Source: the human T2T-CHM13v2.0 reference genome, Homo sapiens. From it: 64,000 nt of DNA. Position numbers and translations under genes: made by a program. Positions 1 through 13,956 of this stretch are shown piece by piece. Position 1 is the stretch's first letter; each line of letters starts with the position of its first letter. The notes beneath the pieces were generated by a model that was not told the origin of the DNA, made no database searches, and saw nothing but the letters and a program-made list of their open reading frames with translations. The DNA lies in NCBI RefSeq assembly GCF_009914755.1, contig NC_060930.1, one strand, 5' to 3'.

Positions 1-1344
1 ACTCTTTGCTCTAAAAGTGCAGTAACCTTGCCCGCTCATGAAACAGAGCCCCGTGAAATTGGGCCTTAGCCAAGCACAGTTGCTGCTCTCGGCCCACTCA
101 CTGAGGGAGGTCCCGAAAGTCATCTCCTCTGCAGCTTTCAGCTAGTTTCTTGGATCTGGGCTCTCCCTGAGGGGGTTATAGTAATTGTTCTCAGAGATTT
201 TAGTCTCTTTTTAAACTACTCTTATCCTTGGAGTAGGTCACCTTCCTGACCTAACAGCCTCTGAACTTTAATATCCCAATCCGCTTTTCCCATCTTCCTC
301 TTAAAAAAAAAAATTAGGACTGGGTATACCTTTTTTTCCTTTTTATGTCTGTCTGGCCTTGCCTCTCTGAGGTCTCAGCCGAAACAAATCTCTCTTCCTT
401 CAGCGCAATCTGTGTGATTTTTCTCATTTTCTTTTTACTTTCTTATGGTACTTTTTCAAGTCTGCAAGAATAAAACCTGTTCCATAAATTATTTCATTCT
501 CCTTGAATCTCTGAATGAATCTCTGAGTGAATCTGCTTCCTGAATAGTGGTCCTTTTACAGTCCATGTGTTTGTTTTTTCATTCTCTTCTTGGATTATAA
601 CTCAATTATTTTTCATTTTCAAGCCAAGAAGATAGATAACATTCTCAGTATAATAAGGACTTCTATTGCTCTGAAATGTGTTTTGATAAGAGCTACTGTC
701 CTGCAGTCTGAACCTCTAGAATCTGTCATTGTGATCAAAGTTTATGAAATGAATGAGGCAGAACCAACTTGAGACTATTGGTGACTCAGGTAGTGATTCC
801 AGAAGCCTGTACATGAGCTCCAGCATCCAGGTTCCTCTGCAGCTGCCCCCATGGCCTTGGATGCTGTTTTAAATAAGATGAAAAAACCAGGTTTGGGACA
901 GCAGACCTATTGTCACCTAGCAGTGCCTAGAAGAAATGATCCTCAGGCTCAAAACTTACACGAGGTCTCTACACCCCCACATAGAATTTAGCTGGTTTCC
1001 CTTCCTCACCTCCCACCACAACTAAAACCCCAGTGAGCTAGTGTAAGCCTCGCCTGAATTTGTGAACTTTTGCCCTAGTCACAGATAGAAGAGAAGACCA
1101 GTGAGAAAAGAATGGAGGCCTACCCTCTTCAGGCAAGCCTTGCCCAGGTGGACGTGATACCCGGGGGTTGGAAGTGAGCCAGCCCACTGTGCTTAGGCAC
1201 ATAGCAGTCCACGGAAGAAAACAGCTAGCCTGGTTCTTGCTTTTAAGATGTAGTACCTCCCCCTCCCCCCACCTTGCCACTAGTAGTAAAACAATGACTA
1301 TCAGGCTCTGGCCAATCTGATTAATCGCTTCTATGAGCCAGAAC

Positions 1345-1575
1345 AATGCTACTCAAAGTATGGTCCACAGACCACTTGCCCATCTGAAAACTGCTTGTTC
1401 CTGATCCACCGTGAGATAGGTACAGTACATGAGAATATTTTGAAAACTTGAGGACAATTTGGTATTGTTGAAAAATCAAAATGTGTAATGTTATATTTCA
1501 CCAAACTATTAGTCTGTGATAGATTCGAAATTTTTAAAAACTAGTCCTTCATCACGTGTAGCTTGAGACAGCTAG
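1345..1575. mobile_element. hAT-Charlie-type DNA transposon relic
   Basis: Terminus-like caatgctactcaaagtatggtccacagacc. Confidence 0.4.
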
Positions 1576-1875
1576 ACTAGAAAGAAACATTGTCTTGTAA
1601 CCAGCACTGTCCTTGGGAGAGGGAAGCTGGTGTCTCCTCTCCATGGGCTGAGCTACTCACGTGGGAGCAGAAGGGTTTCCCACAGGTGTGTTCTTTAAAC
1701 ATAATATCTAACAGGAACAGAAACCATTGAACCATTTATGTACCTTTCAAAGAGGAACAAGAATGACCCTCCAAAGGACTTCTCATTCTGAAAAGAATTA
1801 CTTGCTGATTCACATCAATTGTATTTATTATTTTTCCATGTAACAAAATTACTTCTTTCTGGAACATTGGCATAG

Positions 1876-2115
<240 letters not shown>

Positions 2116-2118
2116 TAG

Positions 2119-2247
<129 letters not shown>

Positions 2248-2726
2248 TAATGCTAAACCCAGGATGACAAATAGAAAGACTCCAGTCAGATTATCTTCCT
2301 GTAAGTCAGTGATGGCATTTTCCATCCTGTAGAGCAGCAGGATGCAGGAGTTGGAAACAGTAATTAAATACAGCTATGAAGAGAGAACCATTGCATGTTG
2401 TACATCTATCTGGAAGTTGCCTAAACGTCTCACAAGAACGTTTAATGTGCAAATCACAGGTTTTGGTATGTGTCTGGAATTCCAGCAGTCATTGTCTTCA
2501 TTGCTGTACCTTTTCTACAAAAGAAATGTGTACATTTAAAATATGTGAAAAATGACACCTGAAAAAATAGAAATAATTCAAATAGCCTAAAATGGAAATA
2601 AAAATGTATGACCCACATGATGCAAACAGGTTATGCAGATGAGCTGCATTATTTCATTAGATGAGTGAGCACTGGACAGAGAAGCCACAGAACTACTAAG
2701 TGTTAATGAAGGAAGAAGCTGCCAGG

Positions 2727-2836
2727 TTTTCTACTTATTTTGATTATTACCCTCTCCCTTTTCTTGTTTTTTAAAAGTGCCATTTTCTATTTATTTTGAT
2801 TATTACCCTCTCCCTTCTCTTGTTTTTTAAGTGCCA
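2727..2836. repeat. Imperfect tandem duplication, 2 x ~55 bp
   Basis: ttttctac/tttattttgattattaccctctccctt...aagtgcca occurs twice. Confidence 0.9.
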
Positions 2837-2897
2837 CATTCCCTCCCCTCCCCCAGCCCCAAGAATCTTTTGGTAAGTAACCCATAGTGTTACTAGA

Positions 2898-2937
2898 GCA
2901 CCTTGTAAGTATGCAGGGCACCTTGTAAGTATGCAGG
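2898..2937. repeat. Perfect tandem duplication, 2 x 20 bp
   Basis: gcaccttgtaagtatgcagg x2. Confidence 0.95.
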
Positions 2938-3062
2938 TAGAAAGGGTTTGTTTTTGTGTCAGGGAATTGTTTTTGTTTTTAATCTCCAGCCTAGGGTAGA
3001 CTCTGCTACTCTATGTAGTCACTGAGGGACTCAGCATGTGTGTGTTAAAATAAAGGTTGTGT

Positions 3063-3346
3063 GCCAGGTGCAGTGGCATCCCAGCACTTTGGGAGGCCGA
3101 GGCGGGCGGATCACGAGGTCAGGAGATCGAGACCATCCAGGCTAACACGGTGTAACCCTGTCTCTACTAAAAAATTAGCCCGGTGTGGTGGTGTACACCT
3201 GTAGTCTCAGCTCCTAGGGAGGCTGAGGCAGGAGAATGGCATGAACCCGGGAGGCAGAGGTTGCGGTGAGCCGAGATTGCGCCACCGCACTCCAGCCCAG
3301 GCGACAGAGCGAGACTCTGTCTCAAATAAATAAATAAATAAATAAA
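3063..3346 (+). mobile_element. Alu (AluY/Sc-like) with (TAAA)n tail
   Basis: gatcacgaggtcaggagatcgagaccatcc diagnostic sequence. Confidence 0.92.
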
Positions 3347-3766
3347 TGTTGTGAAGAAACAGACTTAAAGGTTAGACAGAGTTTTAGTATATTGCTAGAA
3401 AATGTTCACATACATGAACTAGTGAAAATAGAAAGGAGTGGATTGTGAGAGGAGGTCTTCAAAGGTCAGAGCCAGAGAGGCCTGTAAGAGATGTAAAAGA
3501 GACACTGAGATGCTCACCTGAACCTAGGGAGAAGAAACATGGAGGGCTGAAGGAAGGGTTCTTTCCCCAAAGGTCAGGGAAGACAAGAGGCGGTGGAATT
3601 CTCACTGCACTCGCAAGAGTCGAGAGAAAGAGTTCAGGGAGGGCCTGCGACCCTTCACAGCCAGGTGGCAGTGCCAGATGGAAACATGTCAGCACTGCCG
3701 TGGAGTTTGTCCCACGTGTTCCTGGACACTTCCCGAGTGCCTCTCATCTGTCCTCACAGATAGGCA

Positions 3767-3870
3767 TTTTCATCTTCACTTTATAGATGAGGAAACGGAA
3801 ATCCACAGACATTAAACAGGTTCCCCTCTCTATTGCTGAAAAAGGAATTCGAATCTGATCCCATAGCTTA
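3767..3870. mobile_element. MIR fragment
   Basis: cactttatagatgaggaaacgga core-like motif. Confidence 0.55.
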
Positions 3871-4254
3871 CTCTGTTTCTGTTAAGATGTGGACTGACTA
3901 ATCTTTCCCTAGAATTAGTATTCATACAATGAGTAAATTATTCTCCTTAAAACATTACTTTATATTTTACTTTGTTTTATGTTTATTTTTCCCTGAAGTG
4001 TTTTGTGGAGATGGAAACTTTTGTTTTAAAAGAAGTTTTGATTTTGATTTTTTTGGAACACATTTCAAAAATTTCAAATTGTCATAGCAAAATTGAAAAT
4101 GGGGCTGCACTACTGGGTAGATAAACACATCTCCCCAGTCCCCTGGGTGACACTTGAGTGGTCCCTCGTGGTGCTGGGGCGGTGGAGTGACAGCCAGATG
4201 GCCGTGGGCTGCTGCTGCCTTCTGCCCAGAGGCACTGACCGAACCCCTGCTTCT

Positions 4255-4310
4255 AACCCAGTTCAGACACTCCCTGTACCTCAACCCAGTTCAGACACTC
4301 CCTGTACCTC
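4255..4310. repeat. Perfect tandem duplication, 2 x 28 bp
   Basis: aacccagttcagacactccctgtacctc x2. Confidence 0.95.
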
Positions 4311-5502
4311 CTTTTTGTCATCCTTATTGCTTTCAATCACAGTTTTCTCTTAAAAAATACAGATTTCTTTCCATGAAAACTTCAGTTCTGCCATATAAAA
4401 TTATAGTCTATTTCCTTGAATTTTGTGCTCTCCTTTATCAACTTGGTTAGCACAGTGTGTGCTCCACAGTGTTTAAATCCATGGCTTAATGGCCTATTTC
4501 AGGCTTGTAAGAAATTCTCATATCTTTTAGATTTTAATACATTGTTTATTCTGAATCAGATAATTCAGTGCTCTTTTAAAGCTTCAGAGAGTCACGGTTC
4601 TCCTTCCATACTAAGATTTGTTTAAAAAAAAATAAGTTCGGCATGCAGCCAGGGAGGAGAAAGTCATAGAAAAGCAAGAAAGCAGCAGCCCCTCGGTGTG
4701 AAGAAAGTTGAGCTTTGATTCACTAACTGGGATATGAGCCAAGGAAGCCGAACAGCACAGAAGGGCTCTATTTCCCCCTCACTTGTGTGCCTCCTGCCTG
4801 GGATGCCCACAGATCATTATTATGTAAGAATTCCCCTCTCGCTCAACTACTGGAGAAAAGAAAAAGGAATGCTTAGTAGGTGATGCTATGACATTCCTGT
4901 GGACTCGATAATTCATGAAAAAATGTACAGTTAACATTTCTTTATTTGTTTAGAGATTTTTGTTTTTTATGGAAATAATATTGAATGAATATAGTTTTAT
5001 TCCTGGTACCAAACTGACATATTCATATACTTAGTGAAAACCTTAGTAAGGTTCATGGAAAACAGGGAAATAAAAGTTCCTCTTTTTTTCTAATTATTTG
5101 CAACTTGGTCTGAAAATTCTACCAAGCATAAAATAACATCTGAAGTCATAAGCTTAGAGATAAACCAGCTATGTCAGAAAAATTTTCACAAGAATAATTT
5201 TTGAATAAAATAAGGATCACTAAATTTCAACCAATGATAGGATAATGAACTCTGGGTACAACTCACCTAGCCATAATGGGGAGTTCATCGTATCCCAGGT
5301 CCAGACTGGCTTTCCGGCCAGGAGGTGAATTGTCTTTTTTCCAAGGCACAAGGCTTTGTTTCTGCTTAATCTACTGCTAGTAAATGCAAAGTTTGCAATG
5401 CTTTAGTACAATGATGGTGTCTAGACTCATGTTCTGTTCAAGTCCACTTTTTAGGTAATAAAAGTTTTTTGATATGTAGGTGCATAATACTATCTATCTA
5501 TA

Positions 5503-5666
5503 TTTTATTTATTTATTTATTTATTTATTTTTGGAGACGGTCTCACTCTGCCACCCAGCCTGGAGTGCAGTGGCACAATCATAGCTCACTGCAGCCTTGA
5601 CCTCTTGGACTCAAGTGATCCTCCCACGTAGCTGGGATTATAGGTGCACGCCACCATTGCCTGGCT
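5503..5666 (-). mobile_element. Alu monomer / AluJ right arm
   Basis: Antisense Alu arm with (TTTA)n tail. Confidence 0.85.
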
Positions 5667-6661
5667 TATACTCATAATTTCTAAAGGAAAGTTCAGGTTT
5701 CATTTTTTAAATTTTATTTTTAAACTTAGGTACAGTAAATTCACTCTTTTTGGTGTACAGTTCTGAGTTTTGACAGCTACCACTGCAGTCCTGCAACCAC
5801 CACTACATTTCATGATACAGAACAGCTCCGTCACCTCCCCAGGTTCCCTCGTGCTGCCCATCCCCCTGGTCCTAACCATGGCAACAGCTGATGTGTTCTT
5901 TGTGTTCATAATTCTGCGTTTTCTAGGATGTCATTATAAATGGAAGCATGCAGTGTATAGTCTTTCAAGTCTGACTGCTTTCATTTAGCATAACACATTT
6001 GCAATTCAATCATTTTGTTGTGTCAATAGTTTGTTCTTTTCGTGGCCAATAGTATTCCAGTGTTTAGATATACCATAGCTTGTTTATCCATTCACTCATT
6101 GAAAGACATTTGGGTTTCCAGCTTTTGGCAATTATGAATAAAGCTGCCGTAAACATTTGCATACAGGTTTTTGTATGAATGTAAGTTTTCATTCCTCTTG
6201 GGTAAATAAGAGTAAAATGACTGGGTCATTTGGCAAGTATATATTTAATGTTTAAGAAATTGCCCAACTGTTTTTCAAAGAAGCTATACCATTTTGGAAT
6301 CCTCACCAGCAATATATGAGAGTATCAGTAGTAGTTCCACATCCCTACCTGCACTTGATAGTGTCAGTTTTTCCTCATTTTAACCAGTCCGATAGGTATG
6401 CAGTGGTATCTCAGCATGGTTTTGATTTGCATTTCCTGATGGCGAGTGGGGTTGAGCATCTCTTCATGTGCTTATTTCCCATCTGTAGATCTTTGGTGCT
6501 GAAGCGTCTGTTCAGCTCTTGTGCTCATTTTTTATCAGTCTGTTTTCTTATTGTTGAATCCTGAGATTTTTAAAATATATATATGTATTTTCTAGAAACA
6601 AGTTCTTTGTTAGATAAGTGATTTGCAAATAACTTGTCGCAGCTGTGGCTTGGCTTGTCAT

Positions 6662-6986
6662 TTTCTTTTTCTTTTTTTTTTTTTTTTTTCTTTTTTTTTT
6701 TTGGAGACAGGGTCTCACTGTCGTCGCCCAGGCTGGAGTGCAGTGGCACCATCTCAGCTCACTACAACCTTGACCTCCCGGGCTCAAGCAGTCTTCCAGC
6801 CTCAGCCTCCTGAGTAGCTGGGACTACAGGCTCTCATCAACACTTCTTGTTAATTTTTTGTATTTTTGGTAGAGACAGGATTTCACCCTGTTGCCTAGGC
6901 TGGTCTCGAAGTCCTGAGCTCAAGCGGTCCACCCACTTCGGCCTCCCAAAGTGTTGGGATTAGAGGCATGAGCTACCACACTAGCC
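6662..6986 (-). mobile_element. Alu (AluJ-like)
   Basis: Full antisense dimer. Confidence 0.92.
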
Positions 6987-7713
6987 TTGTTACTTTCTTA
7001 ACAGTGTCTTTTGCATAACAAAGGCTTTTAATTTTAATGAAGTTCACTATATCAGTTTTTTCTTTCATGGACTGTGCTTGAGGTGTCATGGCTAAGAGCA
7101 GTTCACAACATTTTCTTCTAAAGGTTTTAGGCTTTTCGTTTAGATCTTTGATGCATTTTGAGGTTATTTTTGTATAAGGTGTGCAGTGTGGTAGAAGTAG
7201 TGCATTTTTTTTTCACATCGGGATATCCAGTGGGTCTCACACCATCTTTTGGAAAGACAGATCTGTTTTCCATTTATTAGAAACATGTTTGTAAGAGAAA
7301 AAAAATCAGTTGATTGTATTTGTTGGTTTATTTCTGGATTCTATTCTGCTCCATTGATTTATGTGTCCATCCTTTTCGCCAGTCCTACACTGTCTTGACT
7401 TGTGTAGCTTTATGGTAAGTCTTTAAATCAAGTAGCGTGAATCCTCCAACTTGGTTCCTTTACAAAATTGTTTTGGCTATTCTTTTTCTTTTGCCTTTCC
7501 TAGTAAATTTAAATGTCAGTTTGTAGATATTTATAATCATGCTGGAATTTTTATTGAAACCGCATTGATTCTGTAGATCAATTTTCACATCTTGATATCT
7601 CATCTTTTAATCCATATATAAAAATATATCGTATTTGATTTTCATTAGGGTTTTGTAGTCTTCAACATACAGATTCTGCATATATTTTGTTAGATTTATG
7701 TGTAAGAATTTCA

Positions 7714-7837
7714 GGCCAGGCGCGGTGGCTCATGCCTGTAATCTCAGCACTTTGGTAGGCCAAGGTGGGTGGATCACCTGAGGTCAGGAGTTTGAAACCA
7801 ACCTGGCCAACATGGCAAAACCCCATCTCTACTAAAA

Positions 7838-7885
<48 letters not shown>

Positions 7886-8048
7886 AAAATTAGCCAGGCG
7901 TGGTGGCACACACCTGTAGTCCCAGCTACTCAGGAGGCTGAGTCAGGAGAGTCACTTGAATCCAGGAGGCGGAGGTTGCCGTGAGCCAAGATTGCACCAC
8001 TGCACTCCAGTCTGGGCGACAGAGTTAGACTCTGTCAAAAAAAAAAAA
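7714..8048 (+). mobile_element. Alu (AluS) with A/(TA)/(CA) microsatellite in the middle linker
   Basis: Full dimer; 22-bp TSD agatttat[g/a]tgtaagaatttca. Confidence 0.94.
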
Positions 8049-8149
8049 AGATTTATATGTAAGAATTTCATTGGAGAGTTGTATTGTAAATGGTACTATT
8101 TTTTAAATTTCCATTTTCTAGTTATGTATTGCATGTAGAGATCGCTTGA

Positions 8150-8546
<397 letters not shown>

Positions 8547-9776
8547 CTCTTTTCTTTTTTAATGTAGACAATCATGTCAGCTTGGAATAGAGAGTTTTAT
8601 TTCATCTTTTCCAATCCATGGGCCTTCTACTTCTGTTTCTGCCTTATTGCACTTGCTAGGACTTCCTGTATGCTCTTGAGTAGAAATAGTGAGAGCAATC
8701 ATCTTTGGCTTATTCCTGATCTTAGGGACAAAGCATTCAGTCTTTCACCATTAACTATGATGTTAGCTGTAGGTTTTTTGTTAGATGTGCTTTTATCAAG
8801 TTAAGGAATTTCTCTTCTATTTCTAGGTTGTTGAAAGTTTTTGTTCATGAATAGATGCTGGATTTTGTCCCATGTATTTTGTGTACTCATCGAGTGATTG
8901 TATGGCTTTTCTTCTGCTATTAATACAGCAAATCACACTGATCAGCTTTCCATTGCTGAACCAGCCTTACATGCCTGGAATAAACCTCACTCGATGGTGA
9001 TAGATTATTCTTATATATTGCTGGATTAAATTTGCTAATAATATCTGGTTGAGGATTTGGTTCACGATGGTTATTGGTCTATAGTTTTCTTGTAATTTGT
9101 TTGGTTTTAGTATCAGGGCAATGCTAGTCTCATAGGATGAGTTTGGAACTATTCCCTCCTTGTTTATATTCTGGAAGAGATTATATAGAATTGATACTGT
9201 TCTATAAGTGTTTGATAGAACTCACCACTGAAATCATCTGGACCTGGAGTGTTCTTTGTGGGGAGGCTTTAACTATGAATTTAATTTCCTTCATAGCTAT
9301 AGGACTATTCAGGCTGAGCTTTGGTAGCTTGGGTCTTTAAGGGAGTCGATTTATTTCATAGAAGTTGTTAGGTATAGTTTTAGAGTTGCTCATAGTATTT
9401 CTTTGTACCTTTAAAGATGTTAGGTCTACTCCTTCATTTCTGATTTTGATCATTGTCACCTCTCTTTTTTTCTTTGGTTTTATGTATTTTTATTTTTCTC
9501 TTTTCTATTATATTGTTTCTGCTCTTTTATCATTTCTATCGCTTGGTTTGGGTTTGATTTATTCTTTTTCTAGTTTCTTAAATATAGAAACTTAGATTAT
9601 TGTTTTGAGATATTTCCGCTATCACAGGCATTAAATGCTAAAAACTTTCCTCTAAGCATGCTTTTGCTGCATTCTATAAAGTCTACCTTATTGAGTTTTC
9701 ATGTTCATTCAGGTCAAAACATTTTCTAATTTTTCTCATAAGTTCTTATTTGATCCATGGGTTATTTAGAAATATA

Positions 9777-10112
9777 CCTATATCTCAGTATCTATGGGAA
9801 TTGGTTCCAGAACCTCCCACAGATACCAAAATCCATTGATGCTCAAGTCCCTGATATAAAATGGTATAGTATTTGCATATAACCTATGCACATTCTCCCG
9901 TATATTTTAAATCATCTCTAGATTAATTATAATACCTAATACAATGTAAATGCTATGTAAATCATTGTTATACTGTATTGTTTTGAGAATAATAACAAGG
10001 AAAAAAGTCCATACATATTCATTACAGAAAAAAATTTTTTCCCTCAAATATTTGCAATCTAAGGTTGGTTGAATCCATGGGTGCAGAGACCGTGGATACA
10101 GAGAACCAACTC
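9777..10112 (+). mobile_element. MER2 (TcMar-Tigger MITE)
   Basis: Matches recalled MER2 consensus: gataccaaaatcca..gatgctcaagtccct..atataaaatgg...ggttggttgaatcca. Confidence 0.85.
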
Positions 10113-12166
10113 TATGTTTAATTTCCAACTATCTGGCCATTTCCTGAATTTTTTTCTTTTGACCTCCAGTTTTATTATGTTCAGAGAACATACTTTGCAT
10201 GATTTTTAGTCCTCTTACATTTATTGAGACTTATTTTATGGCCTAGCATATGGTCTGTCATAGGGAATATTCCATGTGTGCTTCAAAAGAATATGTGTCT
10301 GTAGCAGCTGGGTGGAGTGTTTCATTCATGTCAGTTAGGCTGGGTTGATAGTGTTATTCAGGTTTCTATATCCTTGCCAATTTTCTTTCTAGTTCTATCA
10401 ATTATTGAGTATCGGGTATTGAAATTTAACATTATGATTAGTGGACTATCTCTCCTTTTAATTCTGTCACTTTGTTTTATGTATTTTGAGTCTCTCTTGT
10501 TAGGTAGACATACAGTTTGTAATTTTAATATCTTCCTGATGTAGTGACCTCTTATATCATGAGGTGTCCCCCATTGTCTCTAGTAAGATTTCCTGTGTTA
10601 AAGTGTACTTGTCTAATATTAATATAGCCACTCCATTTCTGTTATGGTTACTGTTTGTATGGTATATCTTTTCCCATCCGTTTACTTTCAGTATATGTGT
10701 GCCTTTGAAATCAAGCTGTTTCTCTTATAGGCAAGATAGTTGGATCTTACTTTTTTATCAAGTCTGACAATCTCTGCTTTTGATTGGGGTTTTTAGGCCA
10801 TTTGTATTTAATATAATTATTGACATGGTTAGATTCACATTTGCCATTTTGTTATTTGTTTTCTGTGTTTGCTTCTTTTTCCTCCTTTACTGCCTTTTCT
10901 TTGTGTTAAATATTTTACGGTGTATTGTTTTAATTCCTCTCATTGTTTAAGCTAAATTTTTGAAGTTATTTTCATAGTGGTTGCCCTAAGGGATATAATA
11001 TGCATCTTTTTTAACATCACAGTGCACTTTAGATTAATATTAATTCCAGTAAAATAAAGAAATTTTTCTCCTATATAGCTTTATTCCCTTCCCTCATTTA
11101 TGCCATTATTTTTATATATATTACATCTGTATGTTATGAATCCAACAATACATTGTGGTAATTACTGCTTTCTACAGTCTTTTGTCTTTTAAAGACACTA
11201 AGGAAACAAATTAGAAAAAAATATATCTATAGAATCTTTTACATTAATCCTTATATTTCCGGTGCTGCTTATTTGTCTCTGCAGATTCAAGTCACCATCT
11301 TTAGTAATTTCTTTTTAGCCTGAAGGACTTCCTTTAATACTTCTTATAATGCAGGTCTGTTATCAGTGAATTATCTCATTATTTATCTGGGTATGTCTTT
11401 ATTTTTAGAGGATAGTCGTACCGATCTGGCTCCATTGTGTCAGAAAGCAAGTCAGCTGTTAATGCTGTTTATCTCACGTGCCCACTCTACTATGCATGAT
11501 CAGTCATTCAGATATTTTTTGTCTCACTCTCTCTTCTTCCTCTGGGATTCTCATTACAAGTGTTTGGTGTGCTTGATGTATTCTAATATTTTACGTTTAA
11601 GTTTTTTTTCTCTGTGTTCTTCATGTTAGTTAACTTCTGTTGATCTATCTTCAAATTCACTAGGTGTTTTTTTTCTTCTGCTACCTTAAATCTTATGTTG
11701 AGCCTTATCTGCAGTGAATTTTTTATTTCAATTACTATACTTTCAACTCCAGAATTTCCATGTGATTCTTTTTTGGTAACTTCTCTCTCCTTTTTGAAAC
11801 TCTGTGTGTTGATTCTCTGTCATATTTTTCTTTAATTTTTTAGGCTTCCTTTAGTTCTTTGAAAATCCTTATAGAATCTGCTTTATCTGCCACATTGTTT
11901 TTTTCTGCCAAATTCAACATCTGCGGACACTCAGAGATAGTGTCTATTGACTGTTTGTTTTTTTCTCAGTATGGTTCATATCTTGCTATTTCTTTGCATA
12001 TCTCTTAATTTTTTGTTGAAAACTGGACATTTTTGAGAATATATTTTAGCAACTCCAGATTCTGAGTTTACCTCTCTGAAGGTTGTTGTTTCTGCTTTTT
12101 ATTTGTTAAGTAACTTGCCTAAGATTAAATCTCTGAAGTCTGTCTCCCTGGAAGTTCAGTTATTGC

Positions 12167-12200
12167 TGTTTGTTTGTTTGTTTGTTTGTTTGTTTGTTTT
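12167..12200. repeat. (TTTG)n microsatellite
   Basis: Direct reading. Confidence 0.9.
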
Positions 12201-13710
12201 ATATTTGTCTTCCTAGAGTTTGCTCCTGTGTCTGTGGATTGGTAGTAAGCCTTTGATTGACTGACAGAGGTTGTACCCAACCACCTCAGGCCAGTAAGTT
12301 GGGGCTCCTGCCCTCTGTCAATGTAACTGTAACTCGATGTAACTCATTCAAAGCTCAGGTCATTTTTAAGTTGCCCTGGCTTTTACTTTCTACCAGACCC
12401 TTTTGTGTCTCCTTTACTTGTATGTACAGCCTCAGAGTTGACCAGGATTGTGTGCCTGGCTTGGACCCTCTCTGGTCTCCAATGTGTATGCATACAGCCT
12501 CAGCCTGGAATATGCATGGTTCAACCTTGGCTATCAGGGCTGTTGTCCCTTCCTGTTCATCTGTCTCTGAGATTGTCACTGCCACTGACACCACCATTGA
12601 ACATGGCATCTCCCATCACTCCAAGCGAGCCTTCTACCCTCACGGAGAAGCTGCAGCTGCCCATCTTCACAGCCTGTCCACCCTAGTGGTACCACCATGT
12701 CGAACACGTGGGGTGGGTGGCACACAGGCAGCAGATGCGGGGGAGACAGGAGCAGCCTCCCACCACCACAGATTTCCACCATCGTCGCCTGAAGTTCAGT
12801 TCTTCAAGCATAAACACTTCTCAGGTGGCCATTCGCCTTTTGTTGATTTCTAGAGCACTCATTTGGTTGTTTTTATTACTGTTGTCTAGCTTTATAGTTG
12901 CTTTTGAGGGGTAGGGTTAGCTGATCTCTCCAGGCCATAGCTGGAACTTCTACCACTAGAAGGCTTTCAACTAATAGTAGTTTTTGTTTGTAGGTTTATA
13001 AACATTCTTAGTGTTCACTTGATGTTTGTTATGCTATTCTTGTCAAGCTGACTTTCTACTTTTAAAACAGAAAGGACCACTCATTAAACTGTTTTAGTAG
13101 AGTCACAAGTTCCAGAATAGCAACTTCCATTATTGCATTAGTGGAAAAATTCCTTTGGTATTTCAGTTTAAGTAATTTAAAATACCTGGAGGAAAAAAGC
13201 TATAGCCTTGGGTTACTCTTCATAATGCTAAATTTAAACTTGTATAGATGTAATTTATATTGCATTTGGACACATTTTGATAATATGGAAATACCATGTC
13301 GTTTGTAAGAATGACATTAAATTCCACTCATCACTCCTTTCTTGCTTATAGGACTTCATGTGGCCACACAGAAACTGGCCTGTTAGCTTATAGGAAAGAG
13401 ACAGGTTTTCATGTTGAGATAAGATTTAATTTTTTTTTAGTACTTTAAGGATACTTGAAGAAAGTAGCACTTTGAGGTTGTCATTATTCTTGTCACAATA
13501 TGTGAATATGTTAAATTGGAATTATGTTCTTAAAAACTGAAGTCTGTTGCATCTTACCTGTGGGCCTTTGAGCATTCGTTGTGTTGCTTGTTTTTTAGAT
13601 TAGTTAAAAATCTCCATGGTTTACCTTTTGCTAAATAGCTTTCTACCCAATAGCCAGTAGACATAGAAATGGTTTTTCAGTTACAGTATGGTAACAGTCA
13701 TTCATTTTAG

Positions 13711-13956
<246 letters not shown>

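Noticed and set aside
2727-4310. Short direct repeats as a CRISPR-like array
   Set aside because: Only two adjacent copies each, no spacers, eukaryotic intron
12257-12853. 198-aa ORF
   Set aside because: Non-ATG start, lies in decayed antisense L1-like sequence, no recognisable domain
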